This document shows, one piece after another, positions 35,682 to 45,100 of a DNA stretch of 64,000 nucleotides; positions within the stretch are counted from its first letter, which is position 1, and each line of letters opens with the position of its first letter. Origin of the DNA: an uncultured Acidobacteriaceae bacterium (GTDB lineage: Bacteria; Acidobacteriota; Terriglobia; Terriglobales; Acidobacteriaceae). The DNA lies in assembly GCA_963834445.1 (NCBI GenBank), contig CAWIBU010000009.1, positions 928,243 to 992,242 on the forward strand, in the 5' to 3' direction. The position numbers were made by a program, and so were the translations under genes. Under the pieces are notes generated by a model. The model was not told the DNA's origin. It ran no database searches and saw only the letters and a list, made by a program, of their open reading frames with translations.

Positions 35682-36929
35682 ATGCTCAAGCAATGGCGAA
35701 CCCGGATACTGCTCTTCCTCGCCGTGCTCGGCCCGGGCTTCATTACCGCGAATATCGATAACGATTCGGGCGGTATCCTCACTTATTCCAATGCCGGCGC
35801 CCAATTCGGGTACACCCTGCTATGGACCATGATCCCCATCACCATCGCCTTGCTGGTGGTGCAGGAGATGTGCGCGCGCATGGGCGCCGTCACCGGCAAG
35901 GGGCTGAGCGACCTCATCCGGGAAGAGTTTGGGCTGCGCATGACGTTCGTGCTTATGCTGCTGCTGGTCGTGGTCAACTTCGGCAATGTCATGGCTGAGT
36001 TCGCCGGCATCGCCGGTAGCATGCAGCTCTTCCACATCAGCAGGTTTGTTTCTGTGCCCGTCAGCGCGCTCACCATCTGGTTTCTGGTGGTCAAGGGCGA
36101 CTACAAGGGCGTGGAAAAGGTTTTTCTCGCGGCATCCGTTTTCTACATTGCCTACATCATTACGGGCGTGCTGTCCCAGCCCAGCTGGCATGACGCCACA
36201 GTGGCCACGGTAACCCTGCCGAGAGGCTCCATCTGGCACTCAAAAAGTTACATTTATATGATTGTCGGCGTCATTGGAACCACGATCTCGCCCTGGATGC
36301 AGTTCTATCTGCAATCGTCCATCGTGGAAAAGGGGGTCACGGCCAAGAGCTACCCGGCCTCCCGCCTCGATGTGATCATAGGATCGTTTTTCACCAACAT
36401 CGTGGCCTGGTTCATCGTGGTTGCCTGTGCGGCCACGCTCTTTGCCCACGGCATGGGCCCCATTGGGGAGGCGGCTGACGCGGCCGAAGCAATGAAACCG
36501 TTGGCCGGGCGCTATGCATTCCTGCTGTTCGCGGTCGGGTTGTTCAACGCTTCGCTCTTCGCCGCCTCGATCCTGCCGCTCTCCACGGCTTACACGGTCT
36601 GTGAGGGCCTGGGGCTGCAGTCCGGGTTGGATGGCGGCTTCAAGGAAGCTCCTGTTTTTTACTGGCTCTATACCCTGCTCGTGGCCGGCGGCGCGATTGC
36701 CGTGCTGTTTGTTCCCAACGCGAAATTGATCAGCATGGTCATCTTGTCGCAGGTATTGAATGGGGTGTTGCTGCCGCTGGTGATCATCTTCATGCTTCGG
36801 CTTATCAATCGCAAAGACCTGATGGGTGAGTTCGTAAACTCGCACTGGTTCAACGTCGTGTCCTGGCTGACGGCGGCCGTGGTGATCGCATTGTCGCTGT
36901 TCATGATGTTTACCGGCATCGCGGGCTGA
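35682..36929 (+). CDS. Nramp/SLC11-family transporter with non-canonical metal-site motifs
   Basis: LGPGFITANIDNDSGGI...AGAQFGYTLLW is Nramp TM1 context, but with DSGG in place of DPGN. In TM6, GTTISPWMQFYLQS replaces G-A-x-x-M-P-H-N. It starts 25 nt after the MgtE_N/CBS gene. Confidence 0.85.
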   Translation: MLKQWRTRILLFLAVLGPGFITANIDNDSGGILTYSNAGAQFGYTLLWTMIPITIALLVVQEMCARMGAVTGKGLSDLIREEFGLRMTFVLMLLLVVVNFGNVMAEFAGIAGSMQLFHISRFVSVPVSALTIWFLVVKGDYKGVEKVFLAASVFYIAYIITGVLSQPSWHDATVATVTLPRGSIWHSKSYIYMIVGVIGTTISPWMQFYLQSSIVEKGVTAKSYPASRLDVIIGSFFTNIVAWFIVVACAATLFAHGMGPIGEAADAAEAMKPLAGRYAFLLFAVGLFNASLFAASILPLSTAYTVCEGLGLQSGLDGGFKEAPVFYWLYTLLVAGGAIAVLFVPNAKLISMVILSQVLNGVLLPLVIIFMLRLINRKDLMGEFVNSHWFNVVSWLTAAVVIALSLFMMFTGIAG

Positions 36930-36933
36930 GCGC

Positions 36934-37914
36934 ATGAGAGACGAACCGGCAAACGCTGACTCCGCTCTGGGCTGGACCCTCTTCTTCTTCGTGCTCGCGT
37001 GGGCGGCCTTTTATGGATTGTTCCGCGCATTGCCCTATGTAAAGAATGGCTCCGATCTCGTGTTTGACGCCAAGTTGCGCTGGGAACGGCAAGGGCAGGT
37101 CTTTCCGGTTGACCCCACCGTGACCCGGGTATTGATCTTCGGCAACAGCAAGATTCTGGCTGGCTTCCTTCCCTCCGTCTTCGATCAGAGGAGCGCGGCG
37201 AAGCAGCACAACGTTGCGTCGTTTAATTCCGGCTTCCCCGGGAGCGATTTATTCCTGCCCCCGCTCCGGGCCATGTGTGCGCGCGGGCAGGCTCCCAACG
37301 TACTGTTGCTTACGCTGCCGTGGGATGCGGATCCACCCCCGCGGGGCATCTTCCATTTCATTCCCGATGATCACGCGGTGATCGATTACCTCTTCCCCTT
37401 TCGTAATTTCGTAAGAGATCTCACCGCGTTCCTGCTCAGCGCGCCCAGCCACGGCGGGGTGGCCGCGTATTATCGGGAGTCGGCTGACAACGAGCGCTCG
37501 GTGATCGCCGAGCGCGGCTACCACCTCATTACCGAGCAGAGCCATTTCCCCGGAGGCCGCTTGCCCGACAACTTCCATCTCGCCTCGGATCGACCGCAGC
37601 AGATCGTTCCCAGGGTCGCGCCCACGCAAAGCGCTCAGATTGGCCAACTGAATCAACTTGTCCAGCAGTACCACATGGCGTGTTACTACGTGCCCATCTA
37701 CCTTCGCCAAGGGGAAGCTGCGCCGCCGGCCGCGTATGACCAGCGCTTTGCTGCGTTGCTTCAGCAGAACACTGCATGCCAGTTGCTGGGCCCGGACTAT
37801 TACCTCTATCCCAATCGGCTCTTCGCCGATCAGACGCACCTTAACCAGGCCGGAGCAATCGTTTATACCGAAGCGCTATGGCAGCTATTGGAGGAGCATC
37901 ATGCTCTTCAATAG
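36934..37914 (+). CDS. Membrane-anchored SGNH/DltD-like protein, probable partner of the MBOAT
   Basis: N-terminal TM segment. VLIFGNSKILAGF resembles SGNH block I and FADQTHLN resembles block V (D-x-x-H). Overlaps the MBOAT start by 14 nt. Confidence 0.5.
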   Translation: MRDEPANADSALGWTLFFFVLAWAAFYGLFRALPYVKNGSDLVFDAKLRWERQGQVFPVDPTVTRVLIFGNSKILAGFLPSVFDQRSAAKQHNVASFNSGFPGSDLFLPPLRAMCARGQAPNVLLLTLPWDADPPPRGIFHFIPDDHAVIDYLFPFRNFVRDLTAFLLSAPSHGGVAAYYRESADNERSVIAERGYHLITEQSHFPGGRLPDNFHLASDRPQQIVPRVAPTQSAQIGQLNQLVQQYHMACYYVPIYLRQGEAAPPAAYDQRFAALLQQNTACQLLGPDYYLYPNRLFADQTHLNQAGAIVYTEALWQLLEEHHALQ

Positions 37915-39316
37915 CTTCCAGTTCCTGTTGTTCTTCGTGGCGGTGTGGCTCCTTTTCCTGGCCACGCGCGGCACCTCGCGCAAAATCATCCTGCTGGTCG
38001 CCAGCTACTACTTCTACATGTGCTGGAGCACGCGCTACATCTGGGTGATCTGGGGCATCACCGTGATCGACTTTGTGGCCGGCCTGCAGATTGAAAAAGC
38101 GCAGCAGCCTGCGCGCCGCCGTCTGTATTTAGGCATCAGCCTGTTTTGCAATCTGGGGCTGCTGGTCATCTTCAAGTATTTCAACTTCCTCACCGGCTCG
38201 TTGCACAGCGCCTCGCATCTGTTTGGGCTGCGCTACGATCCACCCCTGCTGGCCATCATTTTGCCCGTCGGCCTTTCCTTCCACACCTTTCAGGCTATGA
38301 GTTACACCATCGAGGTCTACCGGCGCAGAGTGCCGGCGGAAAAGAGCCTGCTGGAATATGCGCTCTACGTTGCCTTCTTTCCGCAGATGGTGGCCGGCCC
38401 GATCGAGCGGCCCTATGAATTGCTGCCCCAATTTCATCGCGAGCCGAAAGTCACGTTTGCCGGCGTCCGCGCCGGCATGGTGCAGGCCTTGTGGGGGCTG
38501 TTCAAGAAAATGGTGCTGGCAGACAACGTGGCTGATTTTGTAAAGCTTATCTATGACACGCCGCGGCATTTCGACGGGATTGCGCTGGTGCTCGCCACCT
38601 TGTTGTTCTCGCTCCAGATCTATTGTGACTTTTCCGGATACACCGACATTGCCCTGGGTCTAGCCCGCATGATGGGTTACGAGTTACGTATCAACTTCAT
38701 GCAGCCCTACTTCAGCCGGTCGGTGGGCGAATTCTGGAGACGGTGGCACATCTCGCTCTCCACCTGGTTCCGGGATTATGTCTATATTCCGTTAGGCGGC
38801 AATCGCGTAACCTTGCCCCGGCATTATGCCAACCTGATGGTTACGTTTGTGATCAGCGGCCTTTGGCATGGCGCCAACTGGACCTTTGTCGCCTGGGGAT
38901 TTCTGCATGGCGTCTATTTGATCGTCGCCCAGGCCATTGCGCCCTGGACCGGGCGATTCACCCGCATCAATTTCCTGAAGACCATCGTGACCTTCAGCCT
39001 CGTTACCTACGCGTGGATATTCTTTCGCGCCAACAACCTCAAAGACGCCTGGTTCGTCGCGACCCATCTACTGCCCCTGGGCCAACTGGACCCATTTTTG
39101 CTGAAGGTGGGCGGCTTCAGCCGCGCCACCGCGCCCTACCTGGTCCTGTCGATCGTTGCCATGTTCGTAGTCGAGTGGTGGATCGCTCATCCAGCACAGG
39201 TACCTCGCCTCTGGCGAGTGACGGTTATACGAGCTCTGGCGTACAACGCCTGTCTCTTCGCGATAGCCTTCTTCGGCTTCTTCGGCCACCGCGACTTCAT
39301 CTACTTCCAGTTCTAG
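37901..39316 (+). CDS. MBOAT-family membrane O-acyltransferase (AlgI/DltB/PatA-like)
   Basis: Start at MLFNSFQFLLFFVAVWLLF (ATG at 37901). Contains FHTFQAMSYTIEVYRR and the conserved His in FVISGLWHGANW. Confidence 0.9.
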   Translation: MLFNSFQFLLFFVAVWLLFLATRGTSRKIILLVASYYFYMCWSTRYIWVIWGITVIDFVAGLQIEKAQQPARRRLYLGISLFCNLGLLVIFKYFNFLTGSLHSASHLFGLRYDPPLLAIILPVGLSFHTFQAMSYTIEVYRRRVPAEKSLLEYALYVAFFPQMVAGPIERPYELLPQFHREPKVTFAGVRAGMVQALWGLFKKMVLADNVADFVKLIYDTPRHFDGIALVLATLLFSLQIYCDFSGYTDIALGLARMMGYELRINFMQPYFSRSVGEFWRRWHISLSTWFRDYVYIPLGGNRVTLPRHYANLMVTFVISGLWHGANWTFVAWGFLHGVYLIVAQAIAPWTGRFTRINFLKTIVTFSLVTYAWIFFRANNLKDAWFVATHLLPLGQLDPFLLKVGGFSRATAPYLVLSIVAMFVVEWWIAHPAQVPRLWRVTVIRALAYNACLFAIAFFGFFGHRDFIYFQF

Positions 39317-39328
39317 GGAGCGCGACGA

Positions 39329-39394
39329 AGCTCTCGGATAAAACCGGATCTCAAATAAAGCCAGCTCTCGAAAAAACTAGCTCTCGGATAAAAC
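39329..39394 (+). repeat. Three direct 16-nt repeats, AGCTCTCG(G/A)A(T/A)AAAAC
   Basis: Copies at 39329-39344, 39363-39378 and 39379-39394. The last two are contiguous. They lie in a convergent intergenic region. Confidence 0.7.
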
Positions 39395-39496
39395 AGGGAC
39401 GGGCGCCCAGCCTACGTGGGCTGAAAAAGACGGGCGGACCCATCAACACTTTGTGCCAATCCGCAGAAAGGATAAACCATCGAAAAACTGATTCCG

Positions 39497-41176
39497 TCAC
39501 GCAGATTGCAAAATCGCCTTATGCACAAGATGTATTACGATTGATCCTTCCCCGACCGCAGATGCCACACGTTTGACATTGCCCGATCTGACATCGCCGA
39601 CTGCGAAAACGGCGGGAAGACTAGTCTCGAGCAATTCCGGCGTACGGTTGCTCAACCATCTGGGATCGGAAAGATCTTCAGCGCCCAGAGTGCTGCCAGT
39701 CTTCACGAATCCTTTCTCATCCAACGCAAGACAGCCATCGAGCCATTTCGTATTTGGCATCGCACCGGTCATGAGAAACAAGTGCCCAATTTCTTGCCGC
39801 TCGACGGATTCAGTGCGGTTGTTGCGCCACGTCACGGCTTCTAAACAAGCAGCGCCCTCGAGCGATTCTATCTCCGTGAAGGGATGCAGCGTGATCGTGT
39901 CGCTCTCCTCGATGCGGCGAATCAAATAGCGCGACATGGTATCGCTGAGTTGGCCGGACCGGATAAGCACATGCACGTGCTTCGCCGTCTGAGCGAGAAA
40001 AACTGCCGCCTGCCCCGCCGAGTTACCCCCACCCACGACGATGACCTCGTGATCGAGACAAAGCTGCGCTTCGATGAATGTCGCGCCATAATACACGCCG
40101 GCACCTTCAAAATGTGAAAGGTTGGGTAGCGGAAGTTTGCGATACTGAGCGCCGCTGGCGATCACGATAGAATTCGCCGTGACGTGGGTATCGCGATCGA
40201 GTTGTACGCGATAGGGTTTCTGGTCGCACTCTATTTTGGTTACTTCTCGCGCAATCATGATTTTGGCTCCAAACTTCTGCGCCTGGGCATACGCGGAGGT
40301 CGCAAGCTCATGGCCCGAGATACCCGTCGGGAATCCAAGGTAATTTTCGATCTTCGAACTCGAACCGGCCTGACCGCCCGGCGCGACGACCTCAATCACG
40401 AGAACATCAAGTCCCTCCGAGGCGGCATAGACGGCCGCCGCCAAACCGGATGGCCCAGCCCCGACCACAATTACGTCGCGGACCCGGGACTCGTCGATGC
40501 CTTCGTTGAGTTCCAGGCAATTGGCAATCTCGCGATTGGTTGGGTTGCGAAGCACGTACTGTCCCCGGCAGATGACAATTGGAATCTCGTCCGCTGTCAC
40601 CCGGAAGTGGTCCAATACTGGCTGTACGCCCGAGTCGCCGTCTATATCGACATACGAATAGGGATGCCCGTTTCTAGACAGGAACTCCTTGATTCGGAGA
40701 GTGCCTGGCGAACTCCTGGAACCGAGCAGCACCACGTCGCCCCAGCCGTTTGCGATCAGTTCGAGGCGTCGAAGAATGAAGGCGCGCATCAGGATTTCGC
40801 TCAGATTGCTATCGTTCTGCACCAATTCCTGGAGCTTCGCCCGATCGATGCGTACCAGGCTGCCTCCTTCTTTCACGCGAACGTCGACCAGACTCCGACG
40901 CCCCGAGAGCATCCCCACGTCTCCGAAGAACTGGCCTGCCGTGTGAATTGCAATGACCTCATTTCCTTGCGCCGTCGGCCACAACACTTCGATGGCGCCT
41001 TGGATGACCAGCAGAAAAGGCAGATCCCGTTCGCCTTGTTTGACGATGATCTCCCCTCCTCGCATTTTGCTCACCTGGCCTAGATCGACAAAACGCGCGA
41101 TCTGGCGAGCATCCAACGTGGGAAACAATTGTTCGCGATATAAGTCGCTGCCAGGGCTATGAGTTTGCGTGATCAC
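39497..41176 (-). CDS. Cyclic-nucleotide-binding domain fused to a thioredoxin-reductase-like FAD/NAD(P) oxidoreductase that lacks the CxxC motif
   Basis: cNMP motif GQFFGDVGMLSGRRSLVDV. Dinucleotide-binding motifs VIVVGAGPSGLAAA and VIVVGGGNSAGQAA. FAD motif VFAVGDVRSG. Where TrxB has C-A-T-C, this protein has G-A-T-F (GVYYGATFIEAQ). Confidence 0.85.
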   Translation of the reverse strand: MITQTHSPGSDLYREQLFPTLDARQIARFVDLGQVSKMRGGEIIVKQGERDLPFLLVIQGAIEVLWPTAQGNEVIAIHTAGQFFGDVGMLSGRRSLVDVRVKEGGSLVRIDRAKLQELVQNDSNLSEILMRAFILRRLELIANGWGDVVLLGSRSSPGTLRIKEFLSRNGHPYSYVDIDGDSGVQPVLDHFRVTADEIPIVICRGQYVLRNPTNREIANCLELNEGIDESRVRDVIVVGAGPSGLAAAVYAASEGLDVLVIEVVAPGGQAGSSSKIENYLGFPTGISGHELATSAYAQAQKFGAKIMIAREVTKIECDQKPYRVQLDRDTHVTANSIVIASGAQYRKLPLPNLSHFEGAGVYYGATFIEAQLCLDHEVIVVGGGNSAGQAAVFLAQTAKHVHVLIRSGQLSDTMSRYLIRRIEESDTITLHPFTEIESLEGAACLEAVTWRNNRTESVERQEIGHLFLMTGAMPNTKWLDGCLALDEKGFVKTGSTLGAEDLSDPRWLSNRTPELLETSLPAVFAVGDVRSGNVKRVASAVGEGSIVIHLVHKAILQSA

Positions 41177-41246
41177 GATGCCTCGCTCTTGAAGTAATGT
41201 TCTGTTTTAAGGCCTTCATCTCGACAAGCGGCGGCTGCTCGAGGAA

Positions 41247-41990
41247 TCAAACCCCGAGAGCTTCAATGACCAAACGTGCGACGGCCGCACCGGAATATTG
41301 TTGCTGCCCCGTGATCAGATTTCCATCCCGCACGGCGTGCGATTTGAAGCGGCCGGAGACGATGAAGTTGGTATCGCTCAGCTTCTTTGCCTCGTCCTCA
41401 ATGCGAAACGGCTGGATGCGCTTGCCCACAAACTCGTCTGCGTAGTCTTCTTCCGAGTTTGCGAAACCTGTCCAGGTCTTGCCGCGTACGATCAGCTTGC
41501 CATCGAGCTTGCACCTGAGCAGAATGCAGGTGGCGTGGCATAAGACGGCCGTAATCTTGCCGGCCGCATAACACTCAGCGGCGAGGTGGTGAACTCGTTC
41601 GTCCTCGTAGTAGGTGTACATGGGCGCTTGGCCGCCCACGAATAGGATCGCGTCGTACTCCGACAATCTGAGTCGACTCATGGGGAGGGTGTTATCAGTG
41701 AGCGCAGAATGCTCGGATGAACTCAGGAAGCCAAGCGAAATGAGATCGTGGGAAGAGTACTTGCTCTCGTCCCGCGGATCGCTCCAACTGTCGGCCGCGA
41801 GCTTGCCTCCATCGGGACTGTAGATATCCACAGAATATCCGTGTTCGATAAAGTCCCAGTAGGGATGGGTTAATTCACTCCACCAGAACCCGATCGGCCA
41901 GCCGGTCTGTCCGGAGACACTTGGGTTAGATGCGATGATTGCAACGTGTTTGGGAACGTTCGGGTTCAGGATGTCGATTGCCGCACTCAT
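41247..41990 (-). CDS. DJ-1/PfpI (class I glutamine amidotransferase-like, Hsp31-like) protein
   Basis: Nucleophile-elbow context ITAVLCHATCIL, 247 aa. Same strand as the cNMP-TrxR-like gene, 70 nt upstream of it. Confidence 0.82.
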   Translation of the reverse strand: MSAAIDILNPNVPKHVAIIASNPSVSGQTGWPIGFWWSELTHPYWDFIEHGYSVDIYSPDGGKLAADSWSDPRDESKYSSHDLISLGFLSSSEHSALTDNTLPMSRLRLSEYDAILFVGGQAPMYTYYEDERVHHLAAECYAAGKITAVLCHATCILLRCKLDGKLIVRGKTWTGFANSEEDYADEFVGKRIQPFRIEDEAKKLSDTNFIVSGRFKSHAVRDGNLITGQQQYSGAAVARLVIEALGV

Positions 41991-42135
41991 GGAGTTCCTT
42001 TCAGATCGACGCCATTTCAGTGTAGAAACCCGGGGTCTATGGCCGCCTCCCCCGAATGGCCAGGACTTTGCCTACCCGATTAGGTAGGCGAAGTCCATGC
42101 GTCCTGAAGGCATTGAACTGGCATAATGCAATGCA

Positions 42136-45100
42136 ATGGGCGATGGCTCAATTCGTTGTGCCGTCGCAGCGGGTGTGGCCGTTATGGGGCAAGTGCGAAG
42201 CCGGTTAGCCGCCTTGATGCAACCGACCGTTCTAAGATCCGCGCGGGCGCGGAAGCAGCGGCTGTTCGCGTGTTTGCTCTTCACCCAAAACTGGCTTGCG
42301 TCGCCCTTCATCCACGTTGCAATGGCGCAGGAGCGATCTCTGGCGCAATACTCGATGCGTCTCTATAAAACCGAGCAAGGGCTACCGCAGAATGAAGTGC
42401 GCTCCATCGCTCAGACCCCGGATGGCTATTTATGGTTTGGCACGCGGGACGGCCTTGCCCGGTTCGACGGACTCAAGTTCACCGTCTTCCGGCAAGAGAC
42501 GACTCCAGGCATCGGGCACAACATGTTTGGAGCGATGCTCGTGGATCGAGCCGGCCGACTATGGATCGCAACTGGGGACGGCCTTTCTTGTTTCGAGCAT
42601 GGGCAGTTTCGACGCTACACAGAACGAGACGGCCTTCCCGCTAATGCAGTGCATTCGCTGCTTGAAGACCGTGCAGGAACGCTTTGGGTAGGAACGTGGA
42701 ATGGCCTTGCGGCCTTCGACGGCACGCGCTTTCGCAAGTTTGCGCGCAAGGACGGTTTGCCCGAGGGCTCCATCTCTGGACTTGTGGAGGATGGTACGGG
42801 CGGCCTTTGGGTGGGAACGTATGGCGGTGGACTGGCCCACATGTCCGACGGGAAGATCAGCGTACTTACAACACGGGAGGGCCTGCCCGCGAACTTCATA
42901 CAGACGATCCTCCATGATCGATCCGGAAATCTCTGGATCGGCACGCAGAACGGAAGTGCACGATTGAATCCCGCAGGTAAGTTACAAATACTGCGTGATC
43001 TGCCGGGAAAGGCCATCTGCTTCTATCAAGATCGCGAGGGCGTGATCTGGGCGGCGACCGATAAAACCTTCGGCCGATATCGTAGAGGCGCCAATCTCGT
43101 CTTTGAACAGCAGGAGGGTCCGAATCAGGATGTCGAGACGGTCTTTGAGGATCGCGACGGAAGCCTTTGGGTGGGAACTAGCGGGGCGGGTGTGGCTCGC
43201 TATCGCTCTGGCGCATTCGTTCCTTACACCACCAGGGAGGGTCTCGCCGACGACAGAACGAGCACTATCTTCCAGGATTCGCGGGGAGACATCTGGATCG
43301 GCGGAGCTCACGGACTCACCCGCAAGGCCGCGAGCGGAGTGTCGATCGTCCCTAAAGAGGACTTTGGAGGTGGGGCCGTTCGATCCATCGCTGAGGACGA
43401 ACGCGGCGTTCTCTGGGTCGGCACCTCGAAAGGAGTTGCTCGATTTGACCGGCGACACTGGACCCAGATAGGCCCTCGCGACGGCGTTCCCCTGGAGGTA
43501 CACGTTCTTTACCGTGACCGTGTTGGTCGAATATGGATTGGTTCATCCACAGGCGTGACCATTTGGGATCATGGTAAGACCTCGAGTTTGACCCAGAAGC
43601 AGGGTCTGCCTGGCAACTATGTCATGTCCATTCTGGAGGATCGTCGCGGGTCGATGTGGATCGGCACGATCACCGGTCTGGCGCACGTCGAGTCAGGCTC
43701 TATCACGAACTACACCACGGCCAACGGCCTGTCGAGTAACTATGTCCAATGCCTCTACCAGGATTCGGAGGACACGATATGGATATGTACCCCCAGCGGA
43801 CTTAACCGGCTTCGGGACGGACACTTTCATGCGTTCAGCACCAGAGATGGGATTGTATCCGACAGTACGCTGCAACTGCTGGAAGACGGACAGAACCGCT
43901 TCTGGATTAGCTCCTATCGGGGAATATTTCGGGTGAATCGGAGCGATCTCAACGCGTTCGCGGCTGGCGCAATCGGGAAAGTCGATGCGGTCTCTTATGG
44001 CACGGAAGATGGATTGAAGAGTACTGCGTGTGCTGGATTGGGGATGCAGCCAGCGGGTTGGAAGGCGCGAGATGGCACGTTGTGGTTCCCGACCGACACC
44101 GGCGTTGTTAGCATCAACCCTTCCGCGTTACCCTCGCTGGACCCCTCGCCGGTTCCCGTTCTGGAAGCGGTGCTGAAGGACGGTGTCGAGTCGCCCAGTG
44201 CGACCGTCGGACCGAATATCCATCGCATCGATTTTGTCTTCTCCGCGCCCACTTCCATTGCAGCCGAGGCAATCGAGTTCCGTTATCGCCTGCAAGGCTA
44301 TGAAGACGAGTGGCATGACGCAGGGACTATGCGCCTTATCTCCTTTACCAATCTGCCTCAGGGCAAGTATCGCTTTGCTGTATCGGCCCGCAGGCCGGGG
44401 AACCCGTGGGGACGGGAAGAGGCGTCGTGGTTCCTGCGGATTCGACCTCACTTCTATGAGACGCGGTGGTTCTATACGGCCATGGGTCTGCTGGCCGCGA
44501 TGTCGATCTGGTTAGCCCATACCATCCGCGTGCGGGCTACGGAGCAGCGGTTCAAGACAATTATGGGAGAGCGCTCGCGCGTCGCTCAGGAGCTCCACGA
44601 TACGTTGCTGCAAAGCGTTTCAGGAACCGCGATGGAGATCCGCGGAGCGCTTCGAGTTCTCAGCCAAGGTTACTCCGAAGTAGGAGTTCACCAAATCTCT
44701 CTGGCTTTGGACCATCTGGGAAGCAGCATGGCCGATGCGAGACAGGCGATCTGGGACCTCAGATCGCCAGCGAGTTTGGAACAGCGATTGGATCACGCCT
44801 TGGTTGCAGCCGCCAATCGCGTTTGTGCGGGCGGCCCTGAAGTGGATTACGAGATATTGGGAGAGCCCTGCGAGCTAACGCGTGCGATCGAAAAGAATGC
44901 CTACAGGATAGGTGTTGAGGCCATCACGAACGCAGTTCGACATGGCCAATGCACCAAGATATCGATGCGTCTGCAATATCAGAAGAACTCCTTCCTTTTG
45001 TTCATTCATGATGATGATGTCGGGTTCAGCCCGGTTAGGCCGGAGTCTGATTTATTAGCCAATCACTGGGGGCTTTCTGGAATGAAAGAAAGGGCCCATA

